Made by a program: the position numbers and the translations under genes. This document shows, in pieces, positions 7,183-16,609 of a DNA stretch of 25,313 nucleotides. Origin of the DNA: a virus (lineage: Duplodnaviria > Caudoviricetes); IMG/VR virus record IMGVR_UViG_3300025751_000132, positions 1-25,313 of that record; one strand, 5' to 3'. Within the stretch, counting starts at the first letter, position 1. Each line of letters begins with the position of its first letter. Under the pieces are notes generated by a model. The model had not been told where the DNA came from. It saw only the letters and a list, made by a program, of their open reading frames with translations, and made no database searches.

Positions 7183-7326
7183 TTAGCGGGCGTTACCCGC
7201 CTCCAAAACGTCTATGCGGGCCTTTAACGTTTCGACTTCCTCAGATAGTGCAATAAGGCACTCGGCTAAGTCTTTCATAGTAAACCACTCGTTTTCGAGT
7301 TGCTCTTGTGTGATCGTGTTGTGCAT
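7183..7326 (-). CDS. 47-aa coiled-coil protein after the tail fibre (not in ORF track)
   Basis: Manual translation: MHNTITQEQLENEWFTMKDLAECLIALSEEVETLKARIDVLEAGNAR. TAATG coupling to the fibre stop codon. Confidence 0.7.
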   Translation of the reverse strand: MHNTITQEQLENEWFTMKDLAECLIALSEEVETLKARIDVLEAGNAR

Positions 7327-8435
7327 TACGTGAAGGAGAAACAGACGTTGAACGTAACGTAAAAAGGAGTGCCGCCATTGGCATTGTAAAAAGCGAATCC
7401 AATTTCATCGCCTGCGCTAAAGGACCACCCTGTAGGGGCGTGTGCTTCGGTGTAATCCGAACTAGTGTAGGGGACATTCCATGTGTAATCGTAGCCCCCT
7501 GTTTGGATGTTATTGGGCACTTTCTGCACGGGGTTAATACTCACCCCAAAGTTGATTTGTGCCGCGCCTTGAACGTGTGCGCTCACCTTGTCGATGTTTC
7601 CAGCGGCGGGCATATGGTAGAGCTGATAGTGTTGCCAGTTCCCTGAGGTGCGGACGCTGTTAGCATAAGGCAGATAGAGGGCATACCATTGTTGCGTGGT
7701 TGTTGTCGTGAAGCCCGTAATCATAAAGTTACCTCCGCCAGCTCCACCACCACCACCACCGCCACCACCTGACGCGCTCAAAGTCGTGCCAGTCATAGTA
7801 AGGTTTGTTCCGATCGTGGCGTAAGTCAGCTTGCTATCGGAGTCATCCCAAAAGACAAGTTTGTCAGCCCCCGCGTCAAACGCCCCAAGGTTTTGTCCAG
7901 CCGCCATCTTCAGAACGTCTGAAGCCGTAGCCCCTACCGTTGCGTCCGTGCTATTATCTGTGCCTGCTGGATCTACACCGATGTTAGTTTGAATCGTAGT
8001 TTTGTCCCCAGCCGATATAGACGTGGCGGAAACTAGTTCAGCAACAACATCGGGCTCTAGCTCATTGCTGATCCGAAGTATGCCACCTCCAATATCCACG
8101 AACTTCAGAACCTGATCTGCCGCAATCGTATTCTGGAAGTCTACGTTGTCAAGCTCTTGAATCTTTGACGTGCGGTTGAAGTAGTTGCTATTGAGAACGC
8201 TAACGCAGTTGTCGCGCGACGTTCCAATCTGAACTCCCGCTGAGTCCTTGATGTCCGTCCACACCACGTTCTTTACGACGTAGAAGGTGTCTATGTCTCG
8301 CTTGATGTTGAGCTGCGTTGACAGAGCACCAGCCTCAGCTACATAGTCGCCATCGGGATCACCGAGAAACACGGTTTCGGTGGGCAACACAACCGCCACC
8401 CCATTTTGTTTGGATATGATTTTAATATCGGCCAT
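7326..8435 (-). CDS. Putative tail fibre / receptor-binding protein (369 aa)
   Basis: Last large tail gene, T/G/S-rich. A poly-Gly linker precedes an aromatic beta-rich C-terminal domain. Confidence 0.7.
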   Translation of the reverse strand: MADIKIISKQNGVAVVLPTETVFLGDPDGDYVAEAGALSTQLNIKRDIDTFYVVKNVVWTDIKDSAGVQIGTSRDNCVSVLNSNYFNRTSKIQELDNVDFQNTIAADQVLKFVDIGGGILRISNELEPDVVAELVSATSISAGDKTTIQTNIGVDPAGTDNSTDATVGATASDVLKMAAGQNLGAFDAGADKLVFWDDSDSKLTYATIGTNLTMTGTTLSASGGGGGGGGGAGGGNFMITGFTTTTTQQWYALYLPYANSVRTSGNWQHYQLYHMPAAGNIDKVSAHVQGAAQINFGVSINPVQKVPNNIQTGGYDYTWNVPYTSSDYTEAHAPTGWSFSAGDEIGFAFYNANGGTPFYVTFNVCFSFT

Positions 8436-8440
8436 CGTAC

Positions 8441-9874
8441 TTATGCTTGCTTTAGTGTAATCACTGGTGTTCTCAAGTCTAGTGTAGCATTACCTGAATT
8501 AGTCTTAGCCTGTAAAGTAATCACAACAGAGTGAAAAGACCCGTTCTCCATACCATCAGTAACGCTACATAGGGCGGCTATCTCCGAGTTCAAAATTGTC
8601 CTAACACCTGGGTATGTCCAAGCGTGAGTAGATGCTTCCCAAAAACCCTTTTCGTGCCATTCAAACGTAGCCTGAGAGCCTAGGGCAATGTCACTTGAGT
8701 CGTACAAATCTATGGTTGCTCGGATTGTAATTCTCTGATTGGAAATCTCGGTCGTAACTATGGCTAGTACTTCCTCCTCGGTGGACAATTCAATATACTT
8801 GTTAGGAACATCCTTCAAAAGATAAGGACTAGTTTGAGACGTTAGCTTGAGGCTATGATTAGTCGTGTGATCAACAGTCACATTTTGAGTTCCTGCGGTC
8901 ACCGTGTAGTCAGCCGAATCAAATTGTATTGTAGTCCAAGTGGTGTCGTTGAGCAAAGTATTCACCCCGTCGGTAAAAGTCATTTTAGATGGCTGAAACA
9001 GATTGCTATTAGCCCCAGCCCAAGAATTTCCGAACCAAGTCAAAAAATCCAACAAGTCACCCGAGCCTACCTCTCCATCATTATTGAAATCACCAACTCC
9101 TCCCGAACCTGTAAAGGTGGCGAGGGAAAGGTTGTTGCTAGGATCGTTGGCTATGTCAGTTAGAGGGCCAACCATAAGGGCCTGAATAATTTGATCAAAG
9201 GTGACCTTCTGTGGTGGCGCGGGAGAAAGCGTATTGTTCTCTACTACGAAGTTGACATTGCCTGGAGTGTCTGACAACACATCTTCGGGGGCACTAGAAA
9301 CCCCGTCAGTCAATGCCGCAAGAGAGTTCAGGTTCTTCATATACCGATTCAACGGCTCAGTACCCGACGATTGCTCGGCAAGATCACCTGTGTCGGTCAA
9401 TGTCCCGCTAGACGTGGTTGGCTCCCATTGCGTCCCATCCCAAGCCAAAACCTGCCCGCTTGTGGCGGCAGCAGATGAGACATCATTAAGGTCGGCAAGG
9501 TTGCTAGTGGCTACGGAGGCAGTCCTCTCCATATAGTTAGCGACGACCGTGACCGACCCGCCACCTGAGAATGTGCCAAAAGTCATAATCAATGCGTCAC
9601 CGTTTTCAAGGACGATGTTTTTTTCGAGCATCTCCGTAGTAGTTCCCTTAACCAGAAAGTTTGTGCCAGCCTTAATAATTTTCAAGCTCACTACAGATCC
9701 GCCTGATTTTTGAAGGAACAACTCCATAGATGCTACGGGATTGACCGCAGAACCAGCGTCCGCAACCGCGACTAGAATACTAGATACGATTGCGCTTGTC
9801 GTGGTACAATTAACAAGCGTAGGGCTTCCACCAGCGGTTCGCGTTATTTCAACGCTCTTAAAGTTGTTTGCCAT
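8441..9874 (-). CDS. Putative tail fibre / minor tail protein (477 aa) with dockerin-like motif
   Basis: Fibre motif LADLNDV...GQVLAWDGTQWEP and internal GDFNNDGEVGSGDLLDFLTWFG. Confidence 0.7.
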   Translation of the reverse strand: MANNFKSVEITRTAGGSPTLVNCTTTSAIVSSILVAVADAGSAVNPVASMELFLQKSGGSVVSLKIIKAGTNFLVKGTTTEMLEKNIVLENGDALIMTFGTFSGGGSVTVVANYMERTASVATSNLADLNDVSSAAATSGQVLAWDGTQWEPTTSSGTLTDTGDLAEQSSGTEPLNRYMKNLNSLAALTDGVSSAPEDVLSDTPGNVNFVVENNTLSPAPPQKVTFDQIIQALMVGPLTDIANDPSNNLSLATFTGSGGVGDFNNDGEVGSGDLLDFLTWFGNSWAGANSNLFQPSKMTFTDGVNTLLNDTTWTTIQFDSADYTVTAGTQNVTVDHTTNHSLKLTSQTSPYLLKDVPNKYIELSTEEEVLAIVTTEISNQRITIRATIDLYDSSDIALGSQATFEWHEKGFWEASTHAWTYPGVRTILNSEIAALCSVTDGMENGSFHSVVITLQAKTNSGNATLDLRTPVITLKQA

Positions 9875-12459
9875 TATCGTTCGAGGAAAAAGGATTGTGC
9901 TTCGAGGTCGTCTTTGTCTTGATCAAGGTTGACCAGTTTAGTTACATCAGCCGATGTCACACCCGAAACCTTATTGGTCTTAGAATTAGGCATAGGCCCA
10001 GGAGGTAGTTTCGGCCCTTTTCTGTGGATGTCAGCTGCGTCAACACTTGTCGTTCCTGAGATTCCCGAGCCAACACGCGCTATTTGAAATCCGAGCAAAT
10101 CGAACTGACCTGCCATCAGGTTATATGTGGTTTTAAGGATATGAACTACCGCATCAGTAGATCCTGTCTCGATAAGCATACGACGCAGAGGCCGCGGCAG
10201 ATCAAGGTGATGATCGTGTACAAGAAGTTGCAGGTTGAACAACCGCGACATCTCCTTACGCAAAGCTAGGTGCTCCTGAGCAACAATCTCCATTGTCGTC
10301 TTTCCGTCGCTTGCCGTAGTTGGGTCTTCACCGCTTGCAGCTTGACTAAACCAACCCGCATAATGCGGGCCAACTTCGCTCCCGTCACTAATGTGTCCTG
10401 GGCTATTTGCCGAGATAACACCTAAGTCACCCCAATAGTCTGACAATCTACTAGCTATGAGAGTCTGTCCTCCGTCAACGACTTCGAGTCCTTTGGTGTC
10501 GTCTGATGTGGCGATATACAAGATGTCCTCCTCATCCTTGTTCTCCCCGACGAGGACGCGGAAGTTGTGGATGCGAGCATTTTGATAAGGTACACTTGCA
10601 TCTGTAAATGCTGTTACCCCATTAGTATTCGTCAAAATCTGAACATTGACATCAATCTCAAGACCTGTGTAAATATCGGTTTCGTCACCAGGCAGCTCAG
10701 GAGTTATGATTTCGAGCACAAGGTCATTCTCCTTGTTTCTGTCAGACCAACGGAAGCGCATACGTGACGCTTGCGTTTCGTGGCGAATCGTGTTTAGACC
10801 AACGGGAAATGTTCGTACGTTTTCTCCGTCGCTATGCTCAATCGTGTCGATTTCAGGGTACATCTGCCCTGGAATCAAGAACGGTATGTCAAAGGTGTCA
10901 GTCGTTGTTGTTGTCCACTCAACGTCGCTACTAATCTCTATAGGCCGCCACGTTTGAACATCTAAACCCAAAGGACTGATTGGGTTGCCTAACGCGATAT
11001 GAATTCTACCGAAGTTTTCAATACTATCTACATCAGCAACAGGAACGAGGTCTACGTCCTGACTCAAATATTGACCCCCGACGACAATCTTAAAACTCAA
11101 GATAGGTTGTGCGCCAACCCAATCAATGTCGGAAGCGGTCAGTTGGCTATCTATCACAACGCGGCCCTTGATTACAAGTTGCTGACCGCCCGTGACCGTG
11201 ATGTCGGGATTAGCCAAGGGAAAGCTCGTGCCTAGTATTGACGTGATTCCTGCCGATCCACCAAGTTCTTGAGGTGGAATCCAGTAGTCCTCGTTCAAGT
11301 TGAATAAATCTCCGTGAATGGTTACGGGCAGTAGTTCCCGCATAGCCAAGGGAGCACCGCCTTTTGTATGTGTGTATGAAACACCACGAACACCATTAAA
11401 ATATGAGATGTTGCTCCCCTGGAGGATAACCGCATTGCGGTAATCAATCCTGTTTGGGAAATCGTCTAAATATCCGTCGGCAGAAGTAGAGGCAGAATCC
11501 TGATAGGCAGGGTCAATCATACTACGCTTGTCGGCTTTCCAAGCGCGTAAGTCTTGCTCGGGAGCAGATCCTCCATCTTCTAGGAATGGACTGACGGCCA
11601 TCCAAGCACCCATCCATTGGAACAAGGAAACGCCAAAGGCAGTCATTATATCCTCTAGGACTTCATAGCACGTAGACCCAGCAGAGGAAAGGCGTTGCTT
11701 CCTGTTAAACGGGTTCTCGTGCATCCTGAAGTCATACCATATCTTTTGGTTCGTCCCTGACTTATCGAGGACGCTATGTGGCCTCTGATCTGTGTCATCG
11801 ACGTGATTCCAATGGTACATATCGAGTTGCTCCACAAAGAATGGCGCGTTTATCGTGTCGGTAAACAAGTCGATATGCGGTAGGTGAGAAAGGCAGTTGC
11901 CAATCTGCGTACGCATAGTCTCGTACACAGAGTCCTCGTAGTATGGAGTGCCGTCAGCCTTCTCATAAGGAACATCTCGCAGAAGGCTTAGTCCATCGGT
12001 AAATATCAAATTGACCTCACGAGGCAATTCGCTAAAGGCGTAAGTAATGCCTTCGGGAGAAAGACACCCAATCCAAAAGTCGTCGTACCTAGCGTCAGAG
12101 GTAAGGTCAGTAGAACCCCCATCGTGCCGCTCTACCTTAACTGCAATCTCACCCTCTTTCCTTGCGTTAATGATGTCAATAAGATTCTCGCTAAAGTCGT
12201 CCTGTAGCAAGCACGTCATTTCCAATCGAGAGCCAATAACAGGCGCGTGAATGGTGTCAGTTGAAGCGTCGTAGTCGATGCTTACAGACTCGTGAATGAC
12301 ATTGATAGGTTGCGGATTCGAGGTGGTAGTTGCCGTGTAACCATATAATGGAAGATTCACCGCGCCAACAGGATCTGCGGCCAAATCATATATGGTGATG
12401 CGGTAGGTGTCAGAATTTCGCGTGGGGAGGTAAGCCCGAAAAGCCTTGATTATTGCCAT
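9874..12459 (-). CDS. Large tail tip / baseplate protein (861 aa)
   Basis: Immediately after the tape measure, with TAATG coupling at both ends. Acidic and beta-rich. Function assigned from synteny. Confidence 0.7.
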   Translation of the reverse strand: MAIIKAFRAYLPTRNSDTYRITIYDLAADPVGAVNLPLYGYTATTTSNPQPINVIHESVSIDYDASTDTIHAPVIGSRLEMTCLLQDDFSENLIDIINARKEGEIAVKVERHDGGSTDLTSDARYDDFWIGCLSPEGITYAFSELPREVNLIFTDGLSLLRDVPYEKADGTPYYEDSVYETMRTQIGNCLSHLPHIDLFTDTINAPFFVEQLDMYHWNHVDDTDQRPHSVLDKSGTNQKIWYDFRMHENPFNRKQRLSSAGSTCYEVLEDIMTAFGVSLFQWMGAWMAVSPFLEDGGSAPEQDLRAWKADKRSMIDPAYQDSASTSADGYLDDFPNRIDYRNAVILQGSNISYFNGVRGVSYTHTKGGAPLAMRELLPVTIHGDLFNLNEDYWIPPQELGGSAGITSILGTSFPLANPDITVTGGQQLVIKGRVVIDSQLTASDIDWVGAQPILSFKIVVGGQYLSQDVDLVPVADVDSIENFGRIHIALGNPISPLGLDVQTWRPIEISSDVEWTTTTTDTFDIPFLIPGQMYPEIDTIEHSDGENVRTFPVGLNTIRHETQASRMRFRWSDRNKENDLVLEIITPELPGDETDIYTGLEIDVNVQILTNTNGVTAFTDASVPYQNARIHNFRVLVGENKDEEDILYIATSDDTKGLEVVDGGQTLIASRLSDYWGDLGVISANSPGHISDGSEVGPHYAGWFSQAASGEDPTTASDGKTTMEIVAQEHLALRKEMSRLFNLQLLVHDHHLDLPRPLRRMLIETGSTDAVVHILKTTYNLMAGQFDLLGFQIARVGSGISGTTSVDAADIHRKGPKLPPGPMPNSKTNKVSGVTSADVTKLVNLDQDKDDLEAQSFFLER

Positions 12460-15383
12460 TAGTACGAGATTCGTTGAAAGCGTTTGCCTGATCGTTCGCT
12501 ACTCAAGGCGATGTCGTATCCCGAGAGGTGTCCGTACACTCGTGTGCCCCCGTAGCCGCCCATCTTCTGCATAAGAGAAGGTAGCTTCTCAAGAGGAATG
12601 ATAGCCTCGCGGCCCGAGCGGTTGTCACCGACCATTGCGAGTTGCGTCCCCTGGACGATACCACCCTTGCTGAAGGAGGGGATCTCGATGCCACGGATCA
12701 TACCCGTGAGGAGTCCCATACCGAGGGCGGCAGCTCCGAGTCCCGCAAGACCAAACGAGGCTTGGTTGGCGGGGTTCTTGGGGTCAAGGGCATTGGTAAT
12801 GATGCGAGCGTAAGCAAGTTCGAGGGTGGCGAGTACCGCATCCTTAATGGCTTGCAACACGCCCTGCCCAAACGATTTGCTATCAGTAGCCGCCTGACCG
12901 AGCGAAGCCCCGAAGTTCATCACCACGTCGTTAAGTTGACGTGTGAGCTGCATCTGCGCCTTCTCCACCGCAAGGGTGTCCTCGGTCGATTCGTTGCTCT
13001 CATCCTTGGCCTTCTTTAGGGCGAGGTACGAGGCGATCAAGGCTTGCACCATAGCGTCCTCCTCACCCATAAGGTCGATCAGGGTGGGCAGGGTGCTTGC
13101 CAGCATACTCATTTGTTGGTTGCGAGCCTCCTCTGCGGTGAGCAATCCCGCTTGGTATTGATTGAGCAGAGAGTCGTTGCGATCGAAGTATTTGTCGAGA
13201 GCGTCGTTGACCTCCTCCAACTTCTGCCCCTCCCCGACCGTGCCGACAAGTTGCTGAATCTCTTTCTTGACCATTTCGAGGTTGTCCTTGACATCCTGTC
13301 CCTCGAAACTCAAATCGACAAGTGACTTGAACGCGGCAGTATAAGCCGCAAGGCGTTGCTCCCCAATCTTCAAGCCGTCAGTACCGAACATCTCGGCCTC
13401 CTTATCAATGGCATTGAGAGTGGTGGCAAGGCGATTCATAACCTTCTCAAGGTCGCTGACCTCCTCGCCCATATCGCCCGAGAAGCCGCCTCCCGTACCG
13501 CCTCTTCCCATTTTGGAAAGACGTGCCAAGAGACCCGCTACGCCATCCTCTGCGACCATCATTTCCTGCAAGCGTATAGCTTGACGCTGGAGGTCGTCGA
13601 AGATTGCTTGTTGGTCGTTGATAACTTGATTCAGTTCCTTCTTACGGGCAAGTTTCGGGTCGATCGTCATTTGCGTCATTCCCGTTCGGCCTCCATCCCC
13701 ACCCATAATAGTGGTTTGGTATGGCGCATAGCCCCTCTCCCCTGCCGCAGCCCTTTGTTCTATGTCTTCAAGTTCGAGTTGAGCCTTGACTTGCTCACCG
13801 ATGGCCGCGGCCTGTTCTTGTGAGATACGTGTCAGTTGACTCTGCAACGCCCGCATTTTAGCCGTTTGCTGAATAGCACTCGACAGGCGATCGTAAGCCA
13901 AAGCCAAGTCGTCCACGGTCGTCGTCTCCGTATTGAGATTGTTGAAGTAGTCGGGCTGACTACGCATCAACTCATTTAGGATCTCTTGCTTGCGGAGCAA
14001 CGTCGTGTTCTCATTACCGAACTCCGCGATAAGGCTTTTGATAGGGCCAAGGACTCGACCTGCGGCCTCCCCTGCCGCGGCATTGGCGGCTTCGATGCGG
14101 CCAAGCATACCTTCTGCCTGACTGCCACTAACAAACATATCATATAGGCCGATCGCAAGCAGAGAGACTGCCGTGACCGCAAGACCGATAGGGCCAAGCA
14201 TAGTGGAAAGGGCCATACCCACCCGAGGAAACATTATGCTCAAATCGAGCAGGGCTAGTTTAGCCTGACCGAGGAGAAACAAGAGAGGCGGTACGACCGT
14301 GAGCAGAGTGCCGATGGCGACGACGAGAACCTTGATAACCCCAGGCATACGCGAGAAGCCGTTGACAAGGTGGATTACGGCCTCTACGACGAAGTTGACG
14401 ACGGGGAGAAGAACCTTACCGAATTGGATGCTCAAGTTCTCAAGGGCCGACACCAAGCGTTTCTGAACCGAGAACGATGTATCGTCCATCACCTCCTGCA
14501 TAACCTCAAGAGTGCCCGCGGCTTGGATCATACTATTCTCCAAGGCGAAGAACTCATCGCGGTTCTCCTGAAGTACAGGTACGGCAGAGGCGGCACGGAC
14601 ACCGAAGCGGTCGATAGCCTCGGTCATTGTCATTGAGCCGTTGATCAACTCGATGAACTTGTCGTGGGTGTTGCCTCCCTCCTCGGCTAGTTTAGCCAAG
14701 ATCATACGGAGGCGAGTACCTGCAATCGAACCCTTCACACCACGGTTAGCAAGCACCCCCATTGCCGCGGAGATTTCCTCCATACTGACGGCAGAGATAG
14801 CGGCTTGCGAACCCGCGTACTTCATAGTCTCTGCAAAGGACTCGAAGTCCAAGGCCGACTGACTGATAGCAACGGCAATAACGTCGTTGACCTGACCAAC
14901 ATCGCTTACGTCCTTCCCGAAGATGCGGAGGGTACTACCCGCAATCTCCGCAGCTCGACCGAGGTCAGCACCCGTCACCTGGGCAAGGCTCAAGGTGCTC
15001 TCCGTGACTGCCGTAATCTCGGAAGCCGTAAAGCCTAGCTTTGCGTACTCCTCTTGGAGTTGGCCTACACTAGTAGCCGTATAGATCGTGCTTGCACCAA
15101 GTTCCTCTGCGTTCTTCTGAAGGCGTACGAACGATTGAGAGGTAGCCCCACTAATAGCCTGAACGCGAGCCATCTGATACTCGAAGGCCGTAGAGGTCTC
15201 CGCGATCTTCTGACCCGCGATAGCGAGAGGTAGTGAGATGCCAAGGCTTACTTGCTGACCAACACGTGTCAGAGCCGCTCCTGACTTCTTTGTGTGTCTT
15301 TGGACATCGGATAGCTTCTTCTCAAAGTTCTCGGTGTTAAAGAGAAGAAGTACCGATAGCTTACTTATTTCCTGTTGCGCCAT
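12459..15383 (-). CDS. Tail tape measure protein (TP901-family core, 974 aa)
   Basis: FEYQMARVQAISGAT, LANRGVKGSIAGT.LR, hydrophobic central helices, and C-terminal FSKGGIV...VGD..GREAIIPL. Confidence 0.95.
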   Translation of the reverse strand: MAQQEISKLSVLLLFNTENFEKKLSDVQRHTKKSGAALTRVGQQVSLGISLPLAIAGQKIAETSTAFEYQMARVQAISGATSQSFVRLQKNAEELGASTIYTATSVGQLQEEYAKLGFTASEITAVTESTLSLAQVTGADLGRAAEIAGSTLRIFGKDVSDVGQVNDVIAVAISQSALDFESFAETMKYAGSQAAISAVSMEEISAAMGVLANRGVKGSIAGTRLRMILAKLAEEGGNTHDKFIELINGSMTMTEAIDRFGVRAASAVPVLQENRDEFFALENSMIQAAGTLEVMQEVMDDTSFSVQKRLVSALENLSIQFGKVLLPVVNFVVEAVIHLVNGFSRMPGVIKVLVVAIGTLLTVVPPLLFLLGQAKLALLDLSIMFPRVGMALSTMLGPIGLAVTAVSLLAIGLYDMFVSGSQAEGMLGRIEAANAAAGEAAGRVLGPIKSLIAEFGNENTTLLRKQEILNELMRSQPDYFNNLNTETTTVDDLALAYDRLSSAIQQTAKMRALQSQLTRISQEQAAAIGEQVKAQLELEDIEQRAAAGERGYAPYQTTIMGGDGGRTGMTQMTIDPKLARKKELNQVINDQQAIFDDLQRQAIRLQEMMVAEDGVAGLLARLSKMGRGGTGGGFSGDMGEEVSDLEKVMNRLATTLNAIDKEAEMFGTDGLKIGEQRLAAYTAAFKSLVDLSFEGQDVKDNLEMVKKEIQQLVGTVGEGQKLEEVNDALDKYFDRNDSLLNQYQAGLLTAEEARNQQMSMLASTLPTLIDLMGEEDAMVQALIASYLALKKAKDESNESTEDTLAVEKAQMQLTRQLNDVVMNFGASLGQAATDSKSFGQGVLQAIKDAVLATLELAYARIITNALDPKNPANQASFGLAGLGAAALGMGLLTGMIRGIEIPSFSKGGIVQGTQLAMVGDNRSGREAIIPLEKLPSLMQKMGGYGGTRVYGHLSGYDIALSSERSGKRFQRISY

Positions 15384-15729
15384 CTTTGTCCTTGAATTTT
15401 TGTGCCCATTGTGACGTAAGGTCGCGGTGTTCGTTTGTTATTTGATGAACAAACTTTGCTTTTTTCTTTTTCGTCTCATATGGGTAAAACGTCTCGGGCT
15501 TGAACGGCTGGGGAGTACGCTTTGGATCTCGGTTCAGGTTGGCGTGTAGAGCCATAAGCGAAGAGGTGTGCCACCACATCCGCTTGTCTTCCTCCAAGAT
15601 ATATCTAGAGTAATTGGCGTACTCGAAGAAAGTCATCGACCAAAACGTCTCGGGCAACAAGCCCAAGGACAACCCCTCCACATATATGGAGTGCCAATCG
15701 CGGGGGGTCTCGTCTTGGCCGCTTACTTG
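15361..15729 (-). CDS. Tail assembly chaperone, -1 frameshift extension (gpGT C-terminal part)
   Basis: The -1 frame is open from the GGGAAAC slip site into ORF 15361..15681 (PETFWSMT..EY motif). Confidence 0.85.
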   Translation of the reverse strand, partial: QVSGQDETPRDWHSIYVEGLSLGLLPETFWSMTFFEYANYSRYILEEDKRMWWHTSSLMALHANLNRDPKRTPQPFKPETFYPYETKKKKAKFVHQITNEHRDLTSQWAQKFKDKDGATGNK

Positions 15730-16070
15730 TTTCCCTCCTTCTCGGTAGGCTCTTCCTCGCCCATAAACGCCTTGGCGATAAGTTCGGTGTACTCTTCAAG
15801 CACCTTGGGGCTATCAAGGACTTGAGAGCAGAAAAACTCGTAATCAGGGAGCGATTCGAGTTTTCCTTTGGAAGAGTAAATGTGGTTGATCAGCCCGTAG
15901 TAGATGACCTTTGGAACTGCGGTCAAGGGCTTCTCCTGGAGATATGCGTCCATTTGGTGGAACTTCAGATCTTCGCGTTCACACAAGATCCGAAACGCAT
16001 TCATAGAAAGATGGCAAGTGAACGAGTCCTTGCCAATCTTTACTTCAAACTTACCTGATAGTTGATTCAT
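15723..16070 (-). CDS. Tail assembly chaperone (gpG-like, 115 aa)
   Basis: Lies between tube and tape measure genes and ends EGNK* over a G GGA AAC slippery heptamer. Confidence 0.88.
   Translation of the reverse strand: MNQLSGKFEVKIGKDSFTCHLSMNAFRILCEREDLKFHQMDAYLQEKPLTAVPKVIYYGLINHIYSSKGKLESLPDYEFFCSQVLDSPKVLEEYTELIAKAFMGEEEPTEKEGNK
15729..15735 (-). promoter_or_regulatory. -1 programmed ribosomal frameshift site GGGAAAC
   Basis: X XXY YYZ in the correct phase (GAG GGA AAC AAG TAA), analogous to lambda G/GT GGGAAAG. Confidence 0.85.
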
Positions 16071-16114
16071 CGTCGGCTATTTGCCGACAATTTACAACAA
16101 AGCGAGATATAATC

Positions 16115-16609
16115 TTACGCTACTGAGGTAGGATCACCAACGAGTTCAATCGTGCAGGAGTACGTGGCGAAGTCGTCCACCCCTGAAGACAAATCGAAGC
16201 TAGTGATGTAGCCCGTACCTCCGTAAGCCGTGCCGTTGGTATCCGTGCTTGACCACACCGCGGTGACCTTATCCTTGCCGATGCACTCGTCGAACAAGAC
16301 CTTCATATCGAGGCAGCTCGTCAAAGTGTCCCACGAAGCTACACCTTCCACCGTGATGCTAGAAGTCGTCGTGCCTACGGCAAAGGCTCGCGTTGGAGCA
16401 AGGCTTGGAGTACTTCCAGCCGTAGCCGCAGTTGTAGCCTTGTAGTTGGTCTCGTACGTGGCGTTGCTCACGCTAATCGAAGCCGAGGTGCTATACATTA
16501 CGGGCTTCAGAGCGGGGCTTGCGCCCACGGATTCACCTGGGTTCGTGCTGAATGCTCCGTTATCTACGTCGATGTAGATAGCTACTGTGTTCGCGTTAAT
16601 CGTTGCCAT
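16115..16609 (-). CDS. Major tail (tube) protein, paralogue 2
   Basis: TP901-1/Phage_tail_2-like pattern: TSASISVSNATYE...GTGYITSFDLSSGVDDFATYSCTIELVG. Confidence 0.85.
   Translation of the reverse strand: MATINANTVAIYIDVDNGAFSTNPGESVGASPALKPVMYSTSASISVSNATYETNYKATTAATAGSTPSLAPTRAFAVGTTTSSITVEGVASWDTLTSCLDMKVLFDECIGKDKVTAVWSSTDTNGTAYGGTGYITSFDLSSGVDDFATYSCTIELVGDPTSVA

Noticed and set aside
7186-7200. GCGGG-N5-CCCGC hairpin near the end of the 47-aa ORF
   Set aside because: Short stem inside coding sequence with no U-tract on the sense strand, so not called a terminator.
7326-9874. Diversity-generating retroelement or invertible fibre cassette
   Set aside because: No reverse transcriptase, recombinase or duplicated template/variable repeat seen in the window.
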